A stretch of 64,000 nt of DNA from Prochlorococcus sp. AG-409-L18 (GTDB lineage Bacteria; Cyanobacteriota; Cyanobacteriia; PCC-6307; Cyanobiaceae), in NCBI GenBank assembly GCA_003215535.1, contig QCKG01000004.1, forward strand, positions 51,496 to 115,495, read 5' to 3'. Below are positions 51,710 to 60,105 of this stretch, piece after piece. Within the stretch, counting starts at the first letter, position 1, and each line of letters opens with the position of its first letter. The notes under the pieces are model-generated. The model had not been told where the DNA came from and searched no databases. It saw only the letters and a list, made by a program, of their open reading frames with translations. Made by a program: the position numbers and the translations under genes.

Positions 51710-53506
51710 TCATAGTTTCATCAGGCCCCTCTCTTGTAAATCTGCAAGTTGTGCATAAAGTCCCCCCTGAGACCTAAGTTGCTGATGATTACCCTGTTCA
51801 ATAAGCTTTCCTCTCCTCAAAACCAAAATTCGATCAGCTGATTCAACAGTTGCTAGACGATGAGCAATCACCAAAGCTGTTCTTCTTTCTAGCAATCGAT
51901 CTAAATCTCGCTGCAATGTTGCTTCAGAAGAAGGGTCCATAAAAGCGGTCGCTTCATCCATAATCAAAACAGTTGGATTACGAATAGCTACCCGCGCAAC
52001 TGATAGCAACTGTCGCTCTCCTGAAGAAAGATTTCCTCCTCTCTCTCTAAGTTCAGTATCTAATCCATTAGGCAATTTATTTAATAACCTATTTAAACCT
52101 AGTTCACTGCAAATTTGGCTCAAACGAGAATCATCCAAAGCCGAGTCAAGTCTTAAATTATCAGCGACACTTCCACTAAACAGAAAGGTATCTTGCAAGA
52201 CAACACCAAGTTTCTTCCGCAGCAAAGGTATTGGAATATCTTTAATGTCCTTCCCATCCAAAAGAATACGTCCCTTATTAGGCTCATATAATCGGCATAG
52301 AAGTCTAATTAATGTGGTTTTCCCTGAACCAGTTGGGCCTACAAGAGCAACATGCTCGCCTGGGGATATTCGAAAACTAAGGTTGTCAATTATTGACTCA
52401 TCAGGGCGATATGAAAAGCTTACACGATCAAATATAACTTCTCCTGCATCAACTTTCTTGGTACCGCTTAATGTTGGTTCAATTAGTGCATATTCCTTTA
52501 CGCCAATTATCTCAACTTTCTCTTCTAATAATTCACTTATTCTCTCTACAGCTGTTAATCCACCTTGGATTTGAGTAAACCTCTCAGCCAATTGCCTAAG
52601 AGGTTCAAATAGCCGCTGAGAATAAAGAATGAAAGTCGTCAAGGTCCCTAATCCCATTGCTCCTGATGTAACCATCCAACCACCTAAAGCCAACACGAAA
52701 GCAACCGCTGCTAAAGAGACCCATTCGATAAATGCCGAGATACTACTGTCATAAAAAATTGTTCCATTAACAGCCTTACGGTAAAGCCCTCCTGTCCGAC
52801 TAAATCTCTGCCCATTAATAACCTCACGACGAAACATCTGAACAACTTCCAAGCCTTGAAGATTCTCCTGAAAATCTGCATTTAGCTGAGACAACTCTTC
52901 CCTAACTCTGTAATTCGCCCTCCGATAACGTCTTTGCAACCAAAGGACAAAAAGTGTTACCGGCACTTGGGTTAAAAGAAGTAATAATCCAAGTCTCATA
53001 TCTATTAGGAGCATAGTGACGGCTATCACAAAAAGACTCACAAAATCAGCCAAGACCCCAACAGCACCACTCCCAAAAACTTCGGCCAAAGCATCTACAT
53101 CACTAGTAAGTCTTGTTAAAAGCTTCCCTACTGGCATCCTGTCATGAAACCTCAGTGACAAAGCCATTGAATGAGAGAAGAGTTCTCCTCGAATACGAGC
53201 CGTAAGCCTTTGCCCAACAGCTTGAATGCTATAAGTCTGAAACCCCTGAAGAAACAGACGTAGGAGGACAGAAATAAGGAGGATTAACACCAGAAGCCTA
53301 ACGGCATTCTTTGAGGAAAAGTCACTTAACCACCCAAGGGTTGCTTCACCTTTTAGGACACTAATTGCTTGGCCTACCAGGAGTGGCTGAATAGCTCCAG
53401 CAAATGCAACTGGCAATAAAATTATAAAGATTAAAATCAGACGACCTTTATCATGGCGAAGGTATCGCCCTAAATTTCGAACCCTCTTCAAGTCAGCTAA
53501 AGCCAT
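51710..53506 (-). CDS. ABC exporter, fused permease/ATPase (MsbA/MdlB-like)
   Basis: Six-TM N-domain, then Walker A GPTGSGKTT, signature LSSGERQ and Walker B LIMDEAT. Confidence 0.88.
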   Translation of the reverse strand: MALADLKRVRNLGRYLRHDKGRLILIFIILLPVAFAGAIQPLLVGQAISVLKGEATLGWLSDFSSKNAVRLLVLILLISVLLRLFLQGFQTYSIQAVGQRLTARIRGELFSHSMALSLRFHDRMPVGKLLTRLTSDVDALAEVFGSGAVGVLADFVSLFVIAVTMLLIDMRLGLLLLLTQVPVTLFVLWLQRRYRRANYRVREELSQLNADFQENLQGLEVVQMFRREVINGQRFSRTGGLYRKAVNGTIFYDSSISAFIEWVSLAAVAFVLALGGWMVTSGAMGLGTLTTFILYSQRLFEPLRQLAERFTQIQGGLTAVERISELLEEKVEIIGVKEYALIEPTLSGTKKVDAGEVIFDRVSFSYRPDESIIDNLSFRISPGEHVALVGPTGSGKTTLIRLLCRLYEPNKGRILLDGKDIKDIPIPLLRKKLGVVLQDTFLFSGSVADNLRLDSALDDSRLSQICSELGLNRLLNKLPNGLDTELRERGGNLSSGERQLLSVARVAIRNPTVLIMDEATAFMDPSSEATLQRDLDRLLERRTALVIAHRLATVESADRILVLRRGKLIEQGNHQQLRSQGGLYAQLADLQERGLMKL

Positions 53507-53530
53507 TTGAAAATCAATTAGAAGAACTTT

Positions 53531-54157
53531 TTAACTACGCATAGCTTCTATTATTTCTTGCAGATTTCCTCGATCTAAGCGCAAAGAGAGTGGATGCCCC
53601 ACTAGGCGAGCAGTGGACTGAAAAAGATCCTCAATAGCAATCAAACCATTGTCTTTAAGTGTCCTGCCAGTGGCCACCAAGTCAACTATTGCCTCAGCTA
53701 TTCCAGTAATTGGACCAAGTTCAACCGAACCAGTCAGATGAACAAGATCAACAGGAAGATCAAGTTCATCAAAAAATTGCCGAGCACAATTAGTAAATTT
53801 ACTAGCCACACGACAGTGCGGGGGCAATTCAGCAGCTCTTAAGTAACCACTAGTTTCTTTGACAGCCACGGCCATGCGACATCCTCCAAACCCAAGGTCA
53901 ACAAGCTGAGCAACTGGCATCTGCTGCTCCCTCAGCACGTCATATCCCACAACCCCCAATTGAGCTTGTCCATATGCCACGTAGACAGGTACATCGCCAT
54001 TTCTCACTAACAAAGCGTTTGCCCTCCCACAAGAAGAAGGGACCATTAATTGACGATTATCTGGATCTAGTACTGCAGAAAAATCGAGACCCGCCTTTGC
54101 AAAACGAGTCACAGAATCCTTGAGCAAAGCTCCCTTAGCTAAAGCGACGGTGATCAT
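53531..54157 (-). CDS. hisG: ATP phosphoribosyltransferase, short form
   Basis: From ATG 54157 the sequence is [16 protein letters not shown].... The length (208 aa) and pattern fit short-form HisG. The upstream 64 codons of the track ORF are rejected because they overlap gloB. Confidence 0.88.
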   Translation of the reverse strand: MITVALAKGALLKDSVTRFAKAGLDFSAVLDPDNRQLMVPSSCGRANALLVRNGDVPVYVAYGQAQLGVVGYDVLREQQMPVAQLVDLGFGGCRMAVAVKETSGYLRAAELPPHCRVASKFTNCARQFFDELDLPVDLVHLTGSVELGPITGIAEAIVDLVATGRTLKDNGLIAIEDLFQSTARLVGHPLSLRLDRGNLQEIIEAMRS

Positions 54158-54207
54158 GGGGTCATTCGTCGAAATGAACTTTACCCATCTCATGCACCTC
54201 AATACTG

Positions 54208-54969
54208 ATGCCCAACGAAAAAGATGACCACAAAATCCAAGCAATCCCTGTCTTAAAAGACAACATAGTTTGGGCCTGGACCATAAGAGATCAAGCAGTG
54301 ATAGTGGATCCTGCTGTCTCCGAACCAGTAAAAACTTGGCTAGAAGCAAAAGGACTAAGCCTTAATTCGATCCTGCAGACCCACCATCATGAAGACCACA
54401 TTGGAGGTACTGAAAATCTTATAAAGCATTGGCCTAAAGCCTCCGTAATCGCGTCTAAGGACGATATAAAAAGGATCCCCTTCCAAACCATTTCTGTTCG
54501 CCATGGAAGGAATTTCAGCCTATTGGGATACCCAATAGAGGTCTTAGGAGTCGCCGGTCATACAAAGGCTCATCTTGCTTACTACCTACCTAGAAAGAAA
54601 ACAGGGTTAGGCGCCCCAGCCTTGTTTTGTGGCGACACCCTTTTTGGTGGTGGCTGTGGACGTCTATTTGAAGGGACCCCAAAAGACATGTTTAAAGCTA
54701 TGCAACTTCTTAATTCCTTACCTGCAGAAACCAAGATCTATTGCGCACATGAATACACAGAGGAAAATCTCAAATGGGCCAATTCTCTTTACCCTAAGGA
54801 TAAATTAATAGAGAAAAGACTAGCCAACGTCAAAAAAATCAGAAAAGATAGACTATTAACTTTACCTAGCACTATTTCGGAGGAGCGTCGAACAAATCTT
54901 TTCCTTCGAGCAAGAACCGTAGAAGAGCTAGCAAATCTTCGTCAAAACAAAGACAACTGGAAAGCTTGA
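54208..54969 (+). CDS. gloB: Hydroxyacylglutathione hydrolase (glyoxalase II)
   Basis: Metallo-beta-lactamase motif [10 protein letters not shown] and a GloB-type C-terminus (CAHEYT..NL.WA). Confidence 0.9.
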   Translation: MPNEKDDHKIQAIPVLKDNIVWAWTIRDQAVIVDPAVSEPVKTWLEAKGLSLNSILQTHHHEDHIGGTENLIKHWPKASVIASKDDIKRIPFQTISVRHGRNFSLLGYPIEVLGVAGHTKAHLAYYLPRKKTGLGAPALFCGDTLFGGGCGRLFEGTPKDMFKAMQLLNSLPAETKIYCAHEYTEENLKWANSLYPKDKLIEKRLANVKKIRKDRLLTLPSTISEERRTNLFLRARTVEELANLRQNKDNWKA

Positions 54970-55203
54970 TAGATCAAATAAAGCAAGTAATAATTGTAGT
55001 GACTAAATAAAAGCACCTTTAAAAGCTAAAATAGTTGGGAATTATTTAACAAATATCTGAAGCACTTAAAATATTAGAAATCATTTCTCATTCTTTAATT
55101 GTAGAATTATACTTAATTCGTAATTTCTATTGAAGTTAATCTGAACTGCCTCAGGGCCAACTAATCTGAACAAGAATATTTTGAAAGTTCTTCTGCCCCT
55201 TCA

Positions 55204-55617
55204 ATGCATTCCTCTTCTGTGAAAGCAATCACTACATCGTCTGCTCCAGCCCCAGTAGGCCCCTACAACCAGGCAGTCCTTGCAGGAGGATGGCTCTATT
55301 GCTCAGGACAAATAGCTCTTGATCCATCTAGCAACCTAATGGTTGGAGCTGGAGACGTTAAAGCAGAAACCAGGCAAGTTCTTACCAACCTCCTTTCAGT
55401 TCTAAAAGCTGCAGGGGCAGGTCCTAAAAACGTTGTCAGAACAACTATTTACCTAGTTGACCTAAAAGATTTTGAACAAGTGAACTCAATATATTCGGAA
55501 CAATTCCAGGCTGGGATCAGTCCTGCTAGAGCTTGCGTCCAAGTTGCTGCCTTACCAAAAGGAGGGCGGATTGAAATCGATTGCGTTGCCTGGATGGGTG
55601 AGATCAATGAAACCTGA
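55204..55617 (+). CDS. ridA: RidA/YjgF-family reactive intermediate deaminase
   Basis: APAPVGPYNQAV......YCSGQIALDP and a C-terminal PARACVQVAALPKGGRIEIDCVA. Confidence 0.85.
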   Translation: MHSSSVKAITTSSAPAPVGPYNQAVLAGGWLYCSGQIALDPSSNLMVGAGDVKAETRQVLTNLLSVLKAAGAGPKNVVRTTIYLVDLKDFEQVNSIYSEQFQAGISPARACVQVAALPKGGRIEIDCVAWMGEINET

Positions 55618-55868
55618 GGATCTCTTGATTAGAGAAGCAATTCCACTTATCCCAAAGAAATGGGAACAGAACCCATATAAGCAGCGCTTATTTATATGAG
55701 TCTTGTAATTACTACTGAGAAATAATTTGAAGACATAAATCCTTTTGGTGACTTGAAAAACCTTTCTTTATATCGGCTCAAGACAACAGGTGGCCTATGA
55801 AACATTTCCTTATATAAGCCCAAAAAATACTCCAACAAGTAGCGCAACTTCACGAGAGGGGCCCATGG

Positions 55869-56141
55869 TTGTCTAAATTGAGTCTTGCTCTACGACAAAT
55901 TATGGCCGTAGCCAAGCTAACAATTGGGGAACTAGAAGCTGGCTATCCTCTTTATTGCAAGGCCCTAAGGCGTCTAGTACAGGAAGGTCGTAGCACAGAA
56001 GCTATTCAAAGAACGGTTTGCTGGGGGCATTTAGAAACTCTGAACAGATGCTTACCAGGAAGATACAAAGCACCTTCCTATCTACTAGTTCTAATAAAGC
56101 GAGATCTTGAGCAACCAAAAGAAAATGATCTTGCCACTTAA
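55869..56141 (+). CDS. Hypothetical protein
   Basis: 90-aa ORF with a TTG start in the track (first ATG about 11 codons in). I recognise no motif. It is convergent with cbbX. Confidence 0.3.
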   Translation: MSKLSLALRQIMAVAKLTIGELEAGYPLYCKALRRLVQEGRSTEAIQRTVCWGHLETLNRCLPGRYKAPSYLLVLIKRDLEQPKENDLAT

Positions 56142-56176
56142 AAAATCCAAACCTAAATTTCAGGGGGAGGGAATTA

Positions 56177-57079
56177 TTACTTAGAAGAGATATTATCTCT
56201 ACCTTCTAATTCCCCATCAAATACTCTGCTTGCAAGAATATCTGCAGCTTCAATAGTCATAAGTTCATCACGACTTAGAGATTGACCCATTTTAGTAAAT
56301 AGACGGTTTGCATGTCTTAGCCGTATCCTATCTAAAGCATTTCGAATAGACCGAGCATTCGCAAAGAAAGGAAGTTCACGACGTCGCTGAATATATTCTT
56401 TAAAAGCAATAAGGCCATCTCCACTAAAGAAATAATTTTGCTCTTCAAGAATTAAACCTGCTATTGATAACAACTCATCATTAGTATAATCAGGAAAATC
56501 AATATGATGAGCAACCCTAGAAGAAAGACCAGGGTTAGATTGATAAAAAGAATTCATTCTATCCTTATAGCCAGCAAAAATTACAACAAAATCACCTCTT
56601 TTCTGCTCCATATCCTGAAGCAGAATCTCAATTGCTTCAGCGCCATAATCCCTTTCATTTGAGGGTTTATATAAATAATAAGCTTCATCTATAAACAGAA
56701 CTCCACCCTGAGCTCGTTTGATCATTTCTCTAGTTTTTGGAGCAGTGTGACCTACATACTGCCCAACCAGATCATCTCTCGTCGCAGCAATTACATGGCC
56801 CTTCTCTAGATAGCCAAGCCTATGCAGAATCCTTGAGATTCTGATGGCAACAGTAGTTTTTCCTGTCCCTGGTCTACCAGTAAAAGACATATGCAAACCA
56901 GGCATAGAACTCCTCAGGTCCAAATCCTGCCTAGCCTTTTCAACCAACAACAACGCTGCGATTTCTCTGATCCTTGTCTTTACTGGCTTTAATCCAACCA
57001 GATCATGATCTAGTTGATCAAGAATCTCAGCAACACCAGAATCAGAATAGGCCTTAGATAAGTCAATTGAGGAGTTCAT
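56177..57079 (-). CDS. cbbX: CbbX-type AAA+ protein (red-type RuBisCO activase homolog)
   Basis: Near full-length resemblance to Rhodobacter CbbX as I recall it: [22 protein letters not shown], Walker [10 protein letters not shown], Walker [25 protein letters not shown]. Confidence 0.9.
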   Translation of the reverse strand: MNSSIDLSKAYSDSGVAEILDQLDHDLVGLKPVKTRIREIAALLLVEKARQDLDLRSSMPGLHMSFTGRPGTGKTTVAIRISRILHRLGYLEKGHVIAATRDDLVGQYVGHTAPKTREMIKRAQGGVLFIDEAYYLYKPSNERDYGAEAIEILLQDMEQKRGDFVVIFAGYKDRMNSFYQSNPGLSSRVAHHIDFPDYTNDELLSIAGLILEEQNYFFSGDGLIAFKEYIQRRRELPFFANARSIRNALDRIRLRHANRLFTKMGQSLSRDELMTIEAADILASRVFDGELEGRDNISSK

Positions 57080-57314
57080 CTATTTGAGCGGCAAACTTGA
57101 AGTCCGAATCTTCCAGCTGAGTACCTTCTTCATCACTCTGTGGACGTAGCGTGATGTTCACATAGGTTTTCCCAAAACTAATATCAGGGAATCGCTTCAT
57201 AGATTCACTATGCTCTCCCAATTTGTCTAAGAAAGACCTTGTCCCCTCATAGGTTTCAAACTCAAAACGTTTCTCTAATCGAATTGGTCGATTTCTTTGA
57301 TTCCATTTATCCAT
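57063..57314 (-). CDS. Pterin-4a-carbinolamine dehydratase-like protein (alpha-carboxysome RuBisCO assembly factor, acRAF-type)
   Basis: 83 aa with a PCD/DCoH-like pattern (F.F..Y..TR.FLD.LGE.SE...[16 protein letters not shown]). Position downstream of the cso shell genes. 17-nt overlap with cbbX. Confidence 0.75.
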   Translation of the reverse strand: MDKWNQRNRPIRLEKRFEFETYEGTRSFLDKLGEHSESMKRFPDISFGKTYVNITLRPQSDEEGTQLEDSDFKFAAQIDELLN

Positions 57315-57411
57315 AGAAATAAAGATAAAATTCCTTTACTGAAGATATAGCAAAACCACTCTTAAGAATTTTATAAAGCTTATCTAATATTTTTTAAAGG
57401 ACGACAATATT

Positions 57412-57993
57412 TCATCCCCCACGAGTCCTCTGACTAGGCTCCAGGACAGGTTCAACTTCAATATGTGGACGAGCAATAATATGCGCGGCAACAAGTCCAT
57501 CCCCTACTCGCTCACAAGCATCGGCACCCGCACGAACAGATGCATTTACTGCTCCTGTTTCACCTCTTACTAAAACAGTGACATAACCACCTCCAACAAA
57601 TTCTCTGCTTATTAACTTCACTTCAGCAGCTTTTGTCATTGCATCGGCTGCTTCTATAGCAGGCACCATCCCACGAGTTTCAATCATTCCAAGAGCAATA
57701 CCCTGAATAGGATTTGCATCTTCTAAAGATTCTTTTGGAGATGCCGCTTTACCTTTATTCCCACCATTACCAAAAACAGATTGGGCTCTGACACTTTTGC
57801 GAGCAGTACCCACAGAAGTCGTCGATTGGCTAATAGGTGTATTAGGTTCAACAACTTTATCCGAGGGATCTACGGAATCAGTAATAGGAGAAACATCTAC
57901 TGTTTGGCCTATTTTGCCAGATATTTCAGACCCAATACCTTTGCCTACAGATGATGAATCAGTTGAGCGACTACGAGGGGATGAATTAGTCAT
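57412..57993 (-). CDS. csoS1E: Carboxysome shell BMC-domain protein with long N-terminal extension (CsoS1E-type)
   Basis: The C-terminal approximately 95 aa are a canonical BMC-H domain (GIALGMIETRGMVPAIEAADAMTKAAEVKLI...GGGYVTVLVRGETGAVNASV). It is preceded by about 97 aa of S/P/T/G-rich sequence. The likely start is ATG 57993. Confidence 0.8.
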   Translation of the reverse strand: MTNSSPRSRSTDSSSVGKGIGSEISGKIGQTVDVSPITDSVDPSDKVVEPNTPISQSTTSVGTARKSVRAQSVFGNGGNKGKAASPKESLEDANPIQGIALGMIETRGMVPAIEAADAMTKAAEVKLISREFVGGGYVTVLVRGETGAVNASVRAGADACERVGDGLVAAHIIARPHIEVEPVLEPSQRTRGG

Positions 57994-58037
57994 GTAACAA
58001 AACAAATAAGGAGCAAAGAATTGAGGGAGTAAAGCAT

Positions 58038-58289
58038 TTATCCATCTGGAGACCAATAATCAATGATTCCACTTATAGTCAAATCAGTTTGAGTTGCCGG
58101 GTCTTGACAGGCAAAACGTGCGGCAGAACCACTGGAAGTAAAAACCCAATTACCTTCCCTTGCTCCAACTGGATCAACAGCAACTAACTGCTTACCCTTA
58201 TTGTTTCTGAGTATCCGCAGGTGCATATGACCCAGACCAGGAACTCTTTGGGTACAAACCAATCGCCCCATAACTTGCATAATTTCCAT
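58038..58289 (-). CDS. csoS4B: Carboxysome vertex (pentamer) protein CsoS4B
   Basis: 83 aa, EutN/CcmL family (VCTQRVPGLGHMHLRIL). Its start codon shares one base with the csoS4A stop (ATGA). Confidence 0.88.
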   Translation of the reverse strand: MEIMQVMGRLVCTQRVPGLGHMHLRILRNNKGKQLVAVDPVGAREGNWVFTSSGSAARFACQDPATQTDLTISGIIDYWSPDG

Positions 58290-58564
58290 CAGCTTTTACT
58301 GCTCTCAATTTGCTCTTGAGATTCAGGATTCCAATGATCAATAATGCCTACAATTGTCAAATCACTTGGATAAGACTTGCTTCCTGCCGCCTCTCTAGCT
58401 GCAGAACTTCCAACACAAATCACCCAATCATCAGGCTTACAGCCAACTGCATCAACCGCAACCTTTTTGGAACTCCCATCAAGAACAACTTGAAGGTGTT
58501 TGTGTTCAAAACCAGGGATCCTATTGGTTGAAACCAAAGGTTTAATCACTTTACAAATCAACAT
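58289..58564 (-). CDS. csoS4A: Carboxysome vertex (pentamer) protein CsoS4A
   Basis: 91 aa, EutN/CcmL family (VSTNRIPGFEHKHLQVV). It starts 1 nt after the csoSCA stop. Confidence 0.88.
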   Translation of the reverse strand: MLICKVIKPLVSTNRIPGFEHKHLQVVLDGSSKKVAVDAVGCKPDDWVICVGSSAAREAAGSKSYPSDLTIVGIIDHWNPESQEQIESSKS

Positions 58565-58565
58565 G

Positions 58566-60098
58566 TCAGTGTTCCTCCTGTAATTGAGGATCGAGTGAAG
58601 ACCCTACGACTTCGGCAGGGGCTTTCTGATCGCGATCTCTGATGGTAAGAAAAGTATGAAGCAACCCATCCTCAACCAAGTCTCGATAACGTGAAGAAAT
58701 TGCGTTGTCAACTCTTACACAATCAGCAATCGCCCGCTCCCTTGCCCCAGGAACTCCTCCTGAATAATCAAAACGGACAACCACAGGAATAGGAAGATCC
58801 TTAGAGACATTTAAGCCTTTAAAAATCTTGATCCCAACATCCAAGTCAGGAGAACCTTCTTCTACTGTATCGAGATGAGAGAAATAAGTAAGGTTTCTCA
58901 GATGAACCTCTTTAAAACCAATACCAACTCCAATAAAGCGTTCTGCATGTCCAACATCTGGATAGGATCCACCATGAAGTTGACGAACATAATCAATTTG
59001 AGAAATATTATTAGCAATCATTCGTGTAATGAACGCAACCATTCCCTTGTCAGCCTCTCCAGGCGCACTTTCATGAACACGCTGGTTAATCCTTTCTAAG
59101 GCCTGATCCTTAGGCAAAGATTTTGTTTCCTCATATAGATCTAAAGCGGAAATCCATTTATCAAGCATCATTTCACTACTATTCGTAGGAGTATGTACAC
59201 GTATTGCATCGGTATCAGTGTCAATACCAATCAAAAGAAGTTCAACAGAAGCACCACAACAGAAGCTTTTTTCCACCGCTTCACGAAAGTCAAGTAGACG
59301 TTGGAGTCCCTCTGAGGCTGCCAATGAGTCGTCACTACCATGAGCAGCACACCCCTGATGAGAAGGGTCGAGAGAACTAAAATGATAATTAACTACTTTT
59401 AAATATCGAGTGGGGGTCTCAGCAGAGTTTGGAACTCCCTCACGGTAACGGCGATGTTCTGTTTTTACCCATCGATTTACTGTGTTCTCTATATCAAAAA
59501 GAGCGCCCGCATGTGAGCGACGTCGAACGGCACTAAAAGGTATCCGTAAAGCATAAGCAATGGAATGTGCCAACCTCCCATCAGAGCAAGGAGTTATATC
59601 AAGCAAATGAAAACCACATTGATTTAAAAAAGATTGGAATATTCTGGCCTCTTGACTCGCTTCTGATCCATTTAAAGGATCTGATTCAAAGAATTGATCA
59701 CTGGCCTGTTTATGTGATTGAAAAACACACCAAGCGAACAAAGCCCTCATATCAAGTGGACAAATCCAAGCTTTTTCAAGAACATCTACTGGCAATTCAT
59801 AACCCATTTCTGTGCGAAAGATCTGTTGAGCTCTATCAACAAAATCCTGTTCATGCTGTAGAGCTGAAATCGTCTTTAGTACAGGAATAATCTTGTCAAA
59901 CCGTCCTTTTACTTGTTGCTCATATTCCTTCAAATGATTGTTTTCATCGACATCAGTAAGCGGATGTTGGTCTAGCGAAGTAGTTATATCCCAATGGCTT
60001 AAGGTTTTTTGGAATTCGGGTGAATTCATATAGCGCTTTCTAGGGGCTGTAGGCCCCCTAGAAAGCTCATTGTTTCTGGCCAAGTTTCTAAAGGCCAT
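58566..60098 (-). CDS. csoS3: Carboxysome shell carbonic anhydrase (CsoSCA/CsoS3)
   Basis: 510 aa at the canonical position between csoS2 and csoS4A. Contains the CSDGR and HxxC-type regions (ITPCSDGRLAH; HQGCAAHGS) expected of CsoSCA. Confidence 0.88.
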   Translation of the reverse strand: MAFRNLARNNELSRGPTAPRKRYMNSPEFQKTLSHWDITTSLDQHPLTDVDENNHLKEYEQQVKGRFDKIIPVLKTISALQHEQDFVDRAQQIFRTEMGYELPVDVLEKAWICPLDMRALFAWCVFQSHKQASDQFFESDPLNGSEASQEARIFQSFLNQCGFHLLDITPCSDGRLAHSIAYALRIPFSAVRRRSHAGALFDIENTVNRWVKTEHRRYREGVPNSAETPTRYLKVVNYHFSSLDPSHQGCAAHGSDDSLAASEGLQRLLDFREAVEKSFCCGASVELLLIGIDTDTDAIRVHTPTNSSEMMLDKWISALDLYEETKSLPKDQALERINQRVHESAPGEADKGMVAFITRMIANNISQIDYVRQLHGGSYPDVGHAERFIGVGIGFKEVHLRNLTYFSHLDTVEEGSPDLDVGIKIFKGLNVSKDLPIPVVVRFDYSGGVPGARERAIADCVRVDNAISSRYRDLVEDGLLHTFLTIRDRDQKAPAEVVGSSLDPQLQEEH

Positions 60099-60105
60099 CT
60101 ATTTA

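Noticed and set aside
54158-54349. 64-codon N-terminal extension of the hisG ORF
   Set aside because: HisG homology begins at MITVALAKG (ATG 54157). The extension is Leu/Arg/Cys-rich nonsense and would overlap the gloB start at 54208 on the other strand.
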